The translations under genes and the position numbers were made by a program. Below the pieces are notes generated by a model. The model made no database searches, was not told the DNA's origin, and saw only the letters and a program-made list of their open reading frames with translations. A DNA stretch of 64,000 nucleotides from Squalus acanthias (lineage: Eukaryota): positions 53,258,001-53,322,000 of the forward strand of contig CM059437.1 of NCBI GenBank assembly GCA_030390025.1. Direction: 5' to 3'. Positions 24,160 through 35,974 of the stretch are shown here, piece after piece. The first letter of the stretch is position 1. Each line of letters begins with the position of its first letter.

Positions 24160-25945
24160 TAAAACGAAAGAACTTGCATTCATATAGCGACTTCCACAAC
24201 CTCAAAACGTTCTATAGGGCTTCATAGGCAATTCATTACTTTTGAAGTGTAGTCAGTGTTGTAATGTAAACGCGGCAGCCAAATTTGCCCACAGCAAGGT
24301 CCCGCAAACAGCATAGGAACAGGAGTGGGCTATTCAGCCCCTCGAGCCTACTCCGCCATTCAATGAGATCGTGGCTGATCCGCGACCTAACTTCATATAC
24401 CCGCCTTTGGCCCATTTCCCTTAATACCTTTGGTTAACAGCAAGCTATCAATCTCCGATTTAAAATGAACAATTGATCTAGCATCAATTGCCATTTGCGG
24501 AAGAGAGTTCCAAACTTCTACCACCCTTTGTGTGTAGAAGTGATTCCTAACTTCCCTCCTGAAAGGTCTGGCTCTAATTTTTAGACTATGCCCCCTAGTC
24601 CTCGAATCCCCAACCAGTGGAAATCGTTTCTCTCTATCTACCCTATCTGTTCCCCTTAATATCTTAAACTTCGATCAGATCACCCCTTAACCTTCTAAAT
24701 TCTAGGGAATACAACCCTAATTTGTATAATTTCTCCTCGTAAGTTAACCCTTGAAGTCCGGGTATCATTCTGGTAAACCTACGCTGCACTCCCTCTGAGG
24801 CCAATATATCCTTCCTAAGGTGTGGTGTCCAGAACTGCTCACAGTACTGCAGGTGTGGTCTAACCAGGGTTTTGTATAGCTGCAGCATAACCTCTACCCC
24901 GTTGTATTTAAGTCCTCTAGATATAAAGGCCAGCATCCTATTAGCCTTGTCGATTATTTTCTGCACCTGTTCATGACATTTTAATGATCTTTGTACCTGG
25001 ACCCCCAAGTCTCTTTGGACCCCCACTGTTTTTAGCCTTTCAACATTTAGAAAGTACCCTATTCTATCCTTTTTAGATCCAAAGTGGATGAACTCACATT
25101 TGCCTACATTGAAATCCATTTGCCACAGTTTTGCCCATTCACTTAATCTGTCGATATCCCTTTGTAATTTTATGCTTCCATCTACACTGCCTACAATGCC
25201 ACCTACTTTTGTGTAATCGGCAAATTTGGATATATAACTTTCTATGCCATCATCTAAGTCGCTAATAAATACTATGAATAGTTGAGGGCCCAACACAGAT
25301 CCCTGCTGGACACCACTAGTCACATCCTGCCAATTTGAGTGCCTACCCATTATCCCTACTCTCTCTCTCTCCTGCCGCTCAGCAAATTTCCTAACCAGGT
25401 CAATAATTTGCCCTCAAATCCGTGGGCTTCTACCTTAGTTAACAGTTTCTTATGTAGGACCTGATCAAATGTCTTCTGGAAATCCATATAAGTAAGCATC
25501 CATAGACATACCCCTGTCCACTACTTTAGGCACCTCTTCAAAAAATTCAATCAGGTTTGTCAGACATGACCTACCTTTCACAAATCCATGCTGGCTCTCT
25601 CTGATCAACTGAAAATTTTCGAGGTGTTCAATCACCCTATCCTTAATTATAGACTCTAGTAATTTCCCGAATACAGATGTTAGGCTAACTGGTCTACAAT
25701 TCCCTGGTTTCCCTCTCTCGCCATTTTTAAATAGCGATTATGAGATAAATGACCAGATCATCTCTTTTTGGTCCCATGTGAGAGTGCAATCCCATCCAAA
25801 AGACTCTTCCCCCGACAGCATTGCACTCTCTCAGTAGTGCACTGAGTTGTTCGTCTAGATTATGCTTACATTTCTACAGTGCGGCTTGAACCCACAACTT
25901 TTCAGTTCAGAGGTGAGTGTGCGACCATTGAAACAAGTTGACACT
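24160..25945 (-). mobile_element. Deu-domain tRNA-derived SINE split by a CR1 insertion (J-C intron)
   Basis: 24160-24312 and ~25735-25945 match the SINE copies at 31520, 47555 and 54090. tRNA B-box-like TTGAACCC near 25887. Confidence 0.7.
24313..25735 (-). mobile_element. CR1 LINE 3' part
   Basis: ORF 24664-25350 with VTSGV.QGSVLGP, KFAD and RPHLQYCEQFW, plus CR1 tail. Confidence 0.93.
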
Positions 25946-25948
25946 ATC

Positions 25949-26087
25949 GGGTAGATCTTGACGTTGTGTGATAGCGTAAAACGGGTGACAGTGAGTCGGC
26001 AGCCCGTCTTGCATCTCTCATGATTTTTATTTTCGTTGAAGTCAATCGTGAGAGATGTAAAACTCACGCAAAGTCAAGATCTACCCC
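25949..26087. mobile_element. Small palindromic MITE
   Basis: TIRs GGGTAGATCTTGAC / GTCAAGATCTACCC(C). Confidence 0.75.
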
Positions 26088-26402
26088 GAGAGTCTTTCTG
26101 AGTTCCCTGCCTAAAACATGAATTAGTGAGGTCGACACAGGAATGTGTGGGGCAGAGACAGAAAGGAGCGTGAGGTAAGGTAATACAGTATTAAGAGGAT
26201 GGAAGACAGCTTGCATTAAGCGTTCCTGCTCCGGGACGTCAGTGGCTGAATTTGGTAATGGACTGCAAAATTACACGGCATTGTGGGAAGGACCGAATAC
26301 ATGTCAGAGAGTAAAAGATCTCTACAATGTTTCACCGATAGTTTGCTCATTTTTTTATTGCTTTGCCATCAGATCGTTTTGTCATTTTAATGAGCCATTT
26401 TA

Positions 26403-26620
26403 AGAACATAAGAAATAGGAGCAGGAGTCGGCCATCGGCCCCTGGAGCCTGTTCCGCCATTCAATAAGATCATGGCTGATCTTCGAACTCAACTCCACTT
26501 TCCAGGCTGATCCTCATATCCCTTGATTCCCTTAATATCCAAAAATCTATCGACCTGTGTCTAGAATATACTCACAGCCTCCACAGCCCTCTGGGATAGA
26601 GAATTCCAAAGATTCACTTT
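26403..26620 (-). mobile_element. CR1 3' tail fragment
   Basis: AAGAACATAAGAAATAGGAGCAGGAGT..., reverse of the CR1 3' UTR. Confidence 0.85.
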
Positions 26621-27203
26621 ATAGGAGCAAATCAAATACTATGTGAACAGAGCAGTGTGTGTGCTGGGACATTTATTTTTTCTTATAACACCGTTAGGAT
26701 TGTAAGTGAAACGTCGGAAGCGCAACAACTATCCCGGGCAACAAGGCTAGCGAAAGATGAGCGGCTTTCCGATTGCGTGTTCGCTGTCTTTGATAGCTTG
26801 ATGTGTGTGCCCTCTCTAGTTTTATAGAGACTAAATCGTAAAATGTAAACGTGCAACAAGACTGTAGTTGGACATTTGATGTAATTGGAGCGTTATTGTT
26901 CTGTAGATCTATCAGAATGCATCGAATATGTGACGACCCTGATCTAAATACCTCAGTCAATTCGAATTACTATTCGAAATAATTAGCGACATTAACTATT
27001 TTCTTTATAGAAATGACCATTTTCAAGGCACTAGGAAAAATTCCATAGGCTTTGTGTCGTATTGCAGGGGTTTCCGCCAACGTTACGTCGAACAAGCGGG
27101 GCAACCTCCGCGAAAATCACCCGCAACTGCTTTGTTCCAGTATTGCTGGAACCCCTGGTTTATTTATTTTACTTATCTACCTTTAAATTATTTCCCTTTA
27201 CAG

Positions 27204-27532
27204 CCAGAAAGTCGTCCAGCCCTTCGGTGTCGCTTCTCCCGCCAGCGTCCGATCAGATCTCTGCAGCAAATGAGGCGACCCTGGTGTGTTTGGTGAATAA
27301 CTTTTTTCCGGATTCGGTGGAAGTTTCGTGGAGCGTAGACGGCCAGATCACGGACACTGGTGTCCTGACAACTCGGGCCGTACGGGACACCGACCAGACG
27401 TACAGTGTGAACAGTTATCTGACCCTGTCCGCCACCGAGTGGAACTCGCACGAAGTGTACACCTGCGGGGTTACACATGAGTCTCTCGGGTCTCAACTCA
27501 AGCAAAGCATCAAGAGATCAGGCTGCGAGTGA
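27204..27532 (+). CDS. Ig light chain constant exon (lambda / type II-like)
   Basis: TTTACAG| phase-1 acceptor, in frame with VJ: (T)RKSSSPSVSLLPPASDQISAANEATLVCLVNNFFPDSVEVSW...YSVNSYLTLSATEWNSHEVYTCGVTHESLGSQLKQSIKRSGCE*. C1-set motifs and a penultimate Cys for the H-L disulfide. Confidence 0.97.
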
Positions 27533-27588
27533 AAGAGAAAACCCGCCCACTCGGTGCAAAGTCTGGCATCGAACAAGTGGCAGGGACA

Positions 27589-27594
27589 ATTAAA
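27589..27594 (+). terminator. Candidate polyadenylation signal ATTAAA for the IgL gene
   Basis: 57 bp after the stop, followed by GT/T-rich TCATGTTTGTTCTTTG. Confidence 0.55.
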
Positions 27595-27973
27595 AGGACG
27601 TCATGTTTGTTCTTTGCCTGTAATCTCATATCTGATTTCTTAAGTGTATCAGAAATGGAACCTGTATTGTCGATTTAAAATATTGTTTAATACAATCATA
27701 TTTCATTCGCAGTTGTGGTGAATTTGTCAGTGGTTCTTATATAATTATAAAGTGGACAGTCATTTTTCTGAACCTACTGCCAGTGAATATTTTAGTTTAG
27801 CAACACTCATTGACATCAATTGCAAAAGGATAGTCATCAGCTACAACTTTAAAATTCTTATTTAATTCAACGCAGAATCATTTTCCAGGCCTACGTTTTA
27901 AATTATTTTATTAATTGGAAATATATAGGTGATATATATATATAAAACAGACACTCTTCAGTTTACAGAAGTT

Positions 27974-28120
27974 AGGATAGAAATACTGCGCGGTTCTCCC
28001 GATCTACCGCCTCAACGTCGACGGAAGATCGACGGAAACTGTAGCGAAACGGCGCGAGTAGCCATTTCTCCGAGGTTTCACCGATCTTCCATCGGAGAAC
28101 CCACTCGGAAATTCCAAGCG
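27974..28120. mobile_element. Small palindromic MITE
   Basis: GGTTCTCCCGAT..GGAAGATCG..GGAAAC..GAAACGG / CCATTTCTC..GTTTC..CGATCTTCC..ATCGGAGAACC. Related to 30247-30401 and 30847-30961. Confidence 0.65.
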
Positions 28121-29259
28121 AACGTTATCTATAAAATCCGCTCCTTAAATAAAACACATAGATGACTTCATGTTGGTGCGGCTATATTTCACTTGCAATT
28201 TCACCTAATAGTGTACAGAAAGTAAGACCCTTTAGGTTATCAACTAATTCTGCCAATGTCAGTCAATCATTCCTATATCACCCCCCACCCACCGCCCCCC
28301 CCCCTCCCCAATATCTCATCTCTTTTCATCCTCTCTAGTTACCTGTCACTGGTAGCCCAGCGCTCATTCTATGCCTTCTTTTTACTCTATTAGTAAATAC
28401 CTTCCACATTCTGATATATTTCGTTCTTTGCGTTTCCACTTTAAATACGCTTGGCTCATTGAGTAATTTATACCGCTTTATGGTGCGAGCTATATCGAGA
28501 ATGAACTGTTTCTCAGGCACGGCATTTGAACAAACTATTTGAAATCCACTTTCCGTGTTATATACTGGTCAGTCGTTCAGATATTCCATTCATCCCTGCA
28601 ATGTTCAGACACCTACATTAAAACAATTATATTGATAGTTCTTTTTAAGAAACAGAGAGATTGTGTGCGTGTGTGAGTATATGTTTGCGTGTGTGTGACC
28701 AAACGAGGACAGGAATAGAAGTCAATGCTGCAGAGTTTCTGACTGCACGGGGACATTAAGACCATTAGAAACAAGCAAGGGCAGCCCCATGGATGTGAAC
28801 CATAGAGGGGAGATGGCGATGAAGGATTGAAGGGTTGACCATGTGAAGCATGGGGACAGGTCAAGAAGAACGAGGGATGATACCTCGCGGTCACCGTCAC
28901 AAAGGATTTCATTTTTTTACTTTACCCGGGGTAGTAGCAGGGTGAAAGTTGGACGACATGATTAAAACAGAGAATTGTGAGAGATACTAATTGCAGAACA
29001 TATATAAAAGGGTTACTGTATCTACTGTCTCGCTTAGTTAAAACCCCCGTTATCTAATTTACTAATATAAATAGATGATTGGAGAAACTGAAGATCCTTG
29101 CCGGTGGAGTTTCTTCAGTGTGGACAGATCTTAAAGCGAACCTTCCTCTTTTAGTCTAACTCCTGAGGTAAATTGTGTGATCAGAAACAGAAACTCTTAA
29201 AAAAGTTTCCTTTACCGTCTCTCCTGAGCAATGCAACATCTCACCAAAATATGACACGG

Positions 29260-30120
29260 AACTCAGAAATGTAGTAAACAGTGAGGATGATAGTAACAGA
29301 CTTCAGGAGGACACAGTAGGACTGGTGAAATGGGCAGACACATGGCAGATGAAATTTAACGCAGAGAAGTGTGAAGTGATGCACTGTGACAGAAAGAATG
29401 AGGAAAGGCAATATATATTAAATGGCACCATTTTAAAGGAGGTGCAGGAACCGAGAGATTTGGGGGTGCACCTACACAAATCTTTGAAGGTGGCAGGACA
29501 AGTTGAGAAGGCTGTTAAAAAGGCATACGGGATCCTTCGTTTTATAAACAGAGGCATAGAGTACAAAAGCAAGGAAGTTAAGCTAAACCTTGATAAATCA
29601 CTGGTTAGGCCTGAGCTGGAGTATTATGTCTAATTCAGGGCACCACACTTTAAGAATGATGCCAAGGTCTTAGAGAGAGTGCAGAGGAGATTTACTGGAA
29701 TGATACCAGGGGTGCGGGACTTCAGTTACCTGGAGAGACTAGAAAGGCTAGCCTTGTTCTCCTTAGAACAGAGAAGGTTAAGGGGAGATTTAATAGAGAT
29801 GTTCAAAATCGTAAAGAGTTTTGTTAAGAGTAAATAAGGAGAAAATATTTCCAGTATCAGAAAGGTCCTCAACCAAAGGACACAAAATATTTAGCAAAAG
29901 AACCAGAGACGATAGGAGGAGATTTTTTTTTTACCCAGCGAGTTGTGATCTGGAATGCACTGCCTGAAAGAGTGGTGGAAGCAGATTCAATAATAACGTT
30001 CAATTGGATAAATACTGGGGAAATGTTGCAGGGCTATGGGGAAAAGGCAGCGGAATGGGTCTAATTAGACAGGCACCATCGGTCGAATGGCCTCTTTCTG
30101 TGTTGTATCATTCTATGATT
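29260..30120 (+). mobile_element. CR1 LINE 3' fragment
   Basis: WADTWQMKFNAEKCEVMH, RDLGV, RPELEY, and 3' UTR. Confidence 0.9.
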
Positions 30121-30246
30121 CGAAATATACCTGGTAAATTCAATAAGAACGCCCCTAATGGATAATTTAGCCTTAGAAAGAACCCTTCTGATTCAACCGA
30201 AGAGCCTCGGGAATTGAACAAGATCTTCTTGCACAGAAAACCTCGA

Positions 30247-30401
30247 GGGTAGAATTTCCGTGGGGTATTCTCCCTGTCATCCGCGTAATTTCAGCGGAAG
30301 ATCGTGCAAAACCAAGAGAAACGGCCACTTACACAGTTTCTCCAGGGTTTTCATCGAATATACGGTGGGAGATCGGGGAACCGGCCGGAAATTCTATACC
30401 C
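30247..30401. mobile_element. Small palindromic MITE
   Basis: TIRs GGGTAGAATTTCCG / CGGAAATTCTATACCC. Confidence 0.7.
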
Positions 30402-30846
30402 TTAAGCTGTTCCAAAGTTCTCGCTTTTAAACTCTGATGTGGAAATTCAACAAACATAGATGTATGCACGAACTAAGAGGATAAATATGGGGACGTGTGT
30501 CAAAAATAGTACGAGTATTAGATAATAAACAATTTCACAAATAACTTCCAATAAGGAATATGGCACAATTCTTTGCCACAATTCAATGTCACACAGATTT
30601 TCCTCGATAAATACGTAAACTACAAAAAGAGGTCTAAGAAAAACTGCTTACTGAGAATGTTCATGAGTCGGTGAGGAGGGAGCTGAACCGCAGCGAGCCG
30701 GGAACAGCATCAGAGAGTGGGGAGATGTAGGCTCTGAACATACACTGTGTCTATAGCCAGCAGTGCTAATGAGACACAGTTTAAAAATCAATCTTAGCAC
30801 AAATCTAACGGATTTCCCCATGTTCAGTCTTTATTCAGGACTCAGT

Positions 30847-30961
30847 GAGGTTAAATTTCCGCGGGGGTTCTCCCGGTCGTGCGCTGTTAGAACGGCGGAA
30901 GCTCCGGAGAAACACCCTGAACGGCGGGAGATCACAGAACCTCTGGGGAAATTCAACCGCC
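30847..30961. mobile_element. Small palindromic MITE
   Basis: TIRs GGTTAAATTTCC / GGAAATTCAACC, with the internal GGTTCTCCCG..CGGGAGA shared with 27974 and 30247. Confidence 0.7.
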
Positions 30962-31249
30962 TTTTTAATATTGGCGTCCCACGTGAGAAGTACAGATTGA
31001 CCTCCCCGAGAATATGAAGCTTAGTCAGCAGCAAAAATAGAAAGAAAAGCGATGGATGGGATAAAATATCAGAAAAGACACACGGCAATCGACAAAGGGA
31101 AAAGAGGCTCCAAAAGAAACAACATGAAATGAAACAACAAGTTTTTAAATCTCATTCAACGGCTCAGAGAGCGACCTGGTACTCAATCACACAGACTAGT
31201 CAGGGCCATAGCTAGAATCCCTGCTGCGTTAAGGATTAGTCAGGGACAT

Positions 31250-31350
31250 TAACAGAAAAGGCTGGAATCATTCGGCAGGTTAGGCAGCATCTGTGGAGGG
31301 AGCAGAAGTCATCATCTCGGGTATAAACCCTTCCTCAGCACTGGAAGATA
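31250..31350 (-). mobile_element. Degenerate Penelope-like tail
   Basis: Homologous to 12133-12240. Minus strand CTGAGGA-AGGGTTTATACCC-GAGA. Confidence 0.6.
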
Positions 31351-31519
31351 TTACAGACCAACAGTATTTTTTTTTAAAAGGAACAAAACGAAAGGAAAGG
31401 TGGGGGGGAGGGGGTGGTGCATGGCCACACATCAAGGAAAAGAAATAGAACGACCTGCAAAGTGCTTGGGTGGAGAACAGGAGATGTTTACGTGAGACAA
31501 GAGGCGGCATGCCTCTGAG

Positions 31520-31885
31520 TAAAAACGCCATGGGTTCAAGCCCCACTCCAGAGCCTTGAGCATATAATCCAGGCTGACAGTCCAATGCAGTACTGAGGGA
31601 GTACTGCACTGTGAGAGGTGCCGTCTTTCTGATTAGATGTTCTGGCCTCTCAGGTGGATGTAAAAGATCCTATTCGAAGAGCAGGGCTGTTCTCCTGGTG
31701 TCCTGGCCAATATTTATCCCTCAACCAACTTCACTGAAACAGACTTGTCATTATCACATTGCTGTTTGTGGGACCTTGCTGTGCGCATGTTGGTTGCTGT
31801 GTTTCCTATAGTACAACAGTGACTACACATCAAAAGTACTTCATTGGCTGTAAATTGCATTAGGATGTCCTGTGGTCATGAAAGG
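31520..31885 (+). mobile_element. Deu-domain SINE (SacSINE1/AmnSINE-like)
   Basis: GGTTCAAGCCCC B-box, GCTGTTTGTGGGACCTTGCTGTGCG core, L2-like tail TATATAAATGCA. Confidence 0.8.
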
Positions 31886-32409
31886 TGTTATATAAATGCA
31901 GAATATTTCTTCATTTTACTGAGAGAAATAAAATACATATAGGAGCCACAGAGAACGTGCAAGCAGCTAAAGGATAGATAGGTGAAAAGGGAAACATGAT
32001 AAACTGGTAAAGTGGAGCAGGCTCCAGTTGCCCAGGAATCTGGCAAAAGGAAAAAGCAAATCGACACCAAGGTTGCAGATCAACTCACCAACGCCATGTT
32101 CTGACGGGGGGAATCCCACCCAAGCACCAACTCAATGCTCCCCACCCCGCCCATCCTACATTAATTTTGAGGACAGGTTTATTACTTAAAACTTTGACTT
32201 TTATTCTTTCCGCAGATGCTCCTTGACCTGCTGAATATTTCCAGCCTTTTATGACTTTGTTTCAGATTTCCAACAGCTGCAGTATTTTGCTTTTTGTTCG
32301 CATTAGTCGGGGTTTCTGGTCGATGGTTGTCCAATGACCCCTGCTGGAGAGTGCATGTGAGTGCACGTCTCCCTTCTGATTCAGTTAATAGCATAGAGCT
32401 ATAGCACTT

Positions 32410-32860
32410 TACACCATAGAACGAGGCCTCTGACCCATTGAATCTGTGCCAACTTTTTGCTGGAGTAATCCAATCTTAATCCCCCTATTTTGCTCTCTCC
32501 TGATAGAACCAGAGAATATTACAGCCCAGTACGAGCCCATTCGACCCACTGTGTTGTGCCGGCTCTTTGATAGAGCTATCAAAGTCCCACTCCCCTGCTC
32601 TTTCCCCACAGCCTTGCAAACTTTTCTTTTTCAAGTACTTATCCAATTCTTTTTTGAAAGTTCCTATTGAAGCTGCTTCCACCGCCCTTTCAGGCTTTGC
32701 ATTCCAGATCACAACAACTCACTACATAAAAAAATTATCCTCACCTCCACCCGGGTTCTTTCACCAATGATCTTAAATCCTCTGTTTAACAAACCTCCTG
32801 CCAGTGGAAACAGTTTCCTCCTATCTACTCTATCAAAACCTTTCATTATTTTGAGCACCT
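32410..32860 (-). mobile_element. CR1 3' tail fragment(s)
   Basis: IWNAKPERAVEAASIGTFKKELDKYL and 3' UTR. Confidence 0.85.
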
Positions 32861-32864
32861 AACC

Positions 32865-34280
32865 AAGAAAGGAGGGAGCAGAAAACAGGGAACTATAGAC
32901 CAGTTAGCCTGACATCAGTAGTAGGGAAAATGCTAGAATCTATTATTCAGGAAGTGGTAACAGGGCACTTAGAAAAATAATATGATTGGGCAGAGTCAAC
33001 ATGGATTTATGAAACGGAAATCGTGTTTGACAATTTTAATAGAGTTTTTTGAGGTTTTAACTAGTAGGGTAGACAAGGAGGAACCAGTGGATGTGGTGTA
33101 TTTGGATTATCAGAAAGCATTCGATAAGGTGCCACGAAAGAGGTTATTATACAAAATTAGAGCTCATGTGATTGGGTAATATATTAGCATGGATTGAGGA
33201 TTGGTTAATGGACAGAAAACAGTGTAGGAATAAACGGGTCATTTTCGGGTTGGCAGGCTGTAACTAGGGGGCTTACCGCAAGGATCATTGCTTGGTCCTC
33301 AGCTATTTACAACCTATATCAATGGCTTCGATGAGGGGATCGAGTGTAATGTATCCGAGTTTGCTGACAATACAAAGCTAGATGGGAAAGTAAGCTGTGA
33401 GGAGGATACAAAGAGGTTGCAAAGGGATATAGACAGGCTAAGTGAGTGGGCAAGAACATGGTAGATGGAATATAGTGTGGAGAAATGTGAAGTTATCTTC
33501 TTTGGTAGGAAAAATAGAAAAGCAAAATATTTTTTAAATAGTGAGAAATTGGGAAATGTTGGTATTCACAAGGATCTGGGGGTCCTTGTACACGAATCAC
33601 TGAAAGTTAACATTCAGGTACAGCAAGCAAGTAGGAAAGCAAATGGTATGCTGGCCTTTATTACAAAAGGATTTGAGTACAAGAGTGAATACGTTTTGCT
33701 GTAATTATATAGGGCCCTGATGAGACCACACCTGGAGTATTGTGTACAGTTTTGGTGCCCTTACCTGAGGAAGGATATACTTTCCTTAGAGGGAATGCAA
33801 CAAATGCTCACCAGACTGATTCCTGGGAGGGGAGGATTGTCATATGAGGAGAGATTGAGTAGACTAGGCCTATATTCTCTAGAGTTTAGAAGAATGAGAG
33901 GTGATCTCATTGAAACATATAAAATTCTTACAGGGCTTGACAGGGTAGATGCAGGGAGGATGTTCCCCCCTGGCTGGGGAGTCTAGAAATAGGGGTCACT
34001 GTCTCAGAATAAGGGGCCAGCCATTTAGGATTGAGATGAGAAGAAATTTCTTCACTCAAAGGGTTGCGAATCTTTGGAAATCTCTACCCCAGAGGGCAGT
34101 GGATGCTCAGTCGTTTACTATATTCAAGACAGAGATCGACAGATTTTTGAATGTTAAGGGAATCTAGGGATATGAGGATAGTGCAGGAAGGTGGAGTTGA
34201 GGTCAAAGATCTTATTGAATGGTGGAGCAGGTTCGAAGGGCCGAATGGCCTACTCCTATTTCTTATGTTCTTAAGTTCTT
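32865..34280 (+). mobile_element. CR1 LINE 3' half
   Basis: QHGFMKRKSCLT, YLDYQKAFDKV, RPHLEYCVQFW, and TCTTATGT tail. Confidence 0.93.
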
Positions 34281-34519
34281 GTGTTCTCCCTCCTCATTGT
34301 CTTATTGGCAGTTTTATTTGATGATCCCTGATCATTAAAATGAGGAAAAGGTCTTTCCCGAATCACCATATCAAAACACTTCCTAATTAACAAATAATTC
34401 TATTACATCTCCTCTAGTCCCAGTATGGCACATTTCTTCTAATAACTAGAAGATGGACTTTAATATAGCTACAAACAAGGCTATAATCAAAACAAGATTT
34501 CATAATTAGGTCACATGGA

Positions 34520-35350
34520 AGTCCCCACCCAGAGTATATTCTGTGCTCTTGCTAACCTCAGTGTTTCTTCCAAGTAGTGTTCAACATGGACGAGTACTGA
34601 TCCATCAGCTCAAGGAGGGTGGTAGATGGCAATCAGCAAGAGGTTTCTTTGCCCATGTTTCAACTGATGCCATGAGACTTCATGGGGTCGAGAGTCAATG
34701 TTGTGGACTCCCATGGCCACTCCCTCCCAACTGTATACCACTGTGCCGCCACTTCTGGTGGATCTGCCCTGCTGATAGGAAATGGATGGTGATTGAGGAG
34801 TCTGAGACATTGGCTGATAGTTATGATTCTGTGAGTATGACTATATCAATTTGTTGTTTGACTAGTCTGTGGGCTCGCTCTCCCAATTTTGGGTCAAGTC
34901 CCCAGATGTTAGTGAGGTGGACTTTGCAGGGTTGACTGGGCTGGGTGTGCTGTTGTCGTGTCCGAATCCAATGCCTAGGCTGATGCCAGGTGGTCTGTCC
35001 AGTTTTATTCTTATTACACTTTTTTGTAGTGGTTTGCTACAACTGAGTGGTTTGCTAGGCCATTTCAGTGGGCAATTAAATGCCAACCACATTGCTGTGG
35101 GTCTGGAGTCTCATATAGGCCAGACCAGGTAAGGACAGCAGGTTTCCTTCCCTAAAGGATATTAGTGAACCAGTTGGATTTTTATGACAATCTGACTCCT
35201 CATGGTCACCATCACTGATACTAGCTTTTTATTCCAGATTTATTTAATTAACTGAATTCAACTTCACAAACTGGCATGGTGGGATTTGAACTCACGTCTC
35301 ATGAATTATTAGTCCAGGCCACTCGATTACTAGTTCAGTAACATCCTACG
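34520..35350 (-). mobile_element. LINE 5'/endonuclease fragment with SINE-like head
   Basis: HEVSWHQLKHGQRNLLLIAIYHPP (APE-like). GGGATTTGAACTC B-box-like sequence at ~35281. Confidence 0.6.
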
Positions 35351-35974
35351 ATGTGCCAGTTACAAATTTTAGGTCTGCACTAGATATTTTCCTGGTTCAG
35401 CATCACCTGTCTCTCTCATAAGCAGATCCTGTGTCCCTCATGATCAGGAGTTTATCTTTACTGCCCAATTTCTGGTCCTACAATAGAATGACCTGGCAGT
35501 GTAACAATCAAGCCCCTTGTTATATGAATTGGATGACGTAATCTCACATATGCCTCCAAATGCACTTTGCCAGCTTTCTCAAAGGAGGTCTGATGTTCAC
35601 TTTTACTAAATTGAGGCTATTTATAAATCAAGAAGCAGATTTTTTTTACAAACAATAAGTGAATAGATTAATATTCCATAGTCAATCTTACCTTATTTCA
35701 ACTTATTTTCATAACCCTCCTCGTAACATAGAAAACAACAAGTAGCCACACTGTCATTGTTAGCAGGCTAAGTCCACTATTCTAACCAGAGACTCTCTGA
35801 AACTGATCTACCCTGAACTTAAGGAGTGAGCTTTCTTTCTATAGGTCTGGTTTCCTTGACAGATCTTGTAGAATGTCCTTGTTAATGTGTTTCTTTAGTT
35901 CTCATTTCTTAGCTGGACAAAAAAGCCACAGGCTTGACCTGCGACCCTCTCCAAGTTCTTAGTGTCTGCGGATA

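Noticed and set aside
23234-27532. Processed (retroposed) Ig cDNA
   Set aside because: Leader and J-C introns and the promoter are all present. Somatic origin from a B cell in the DNA sample cannot be fully excluded but is unlikely for a consensus assembly.
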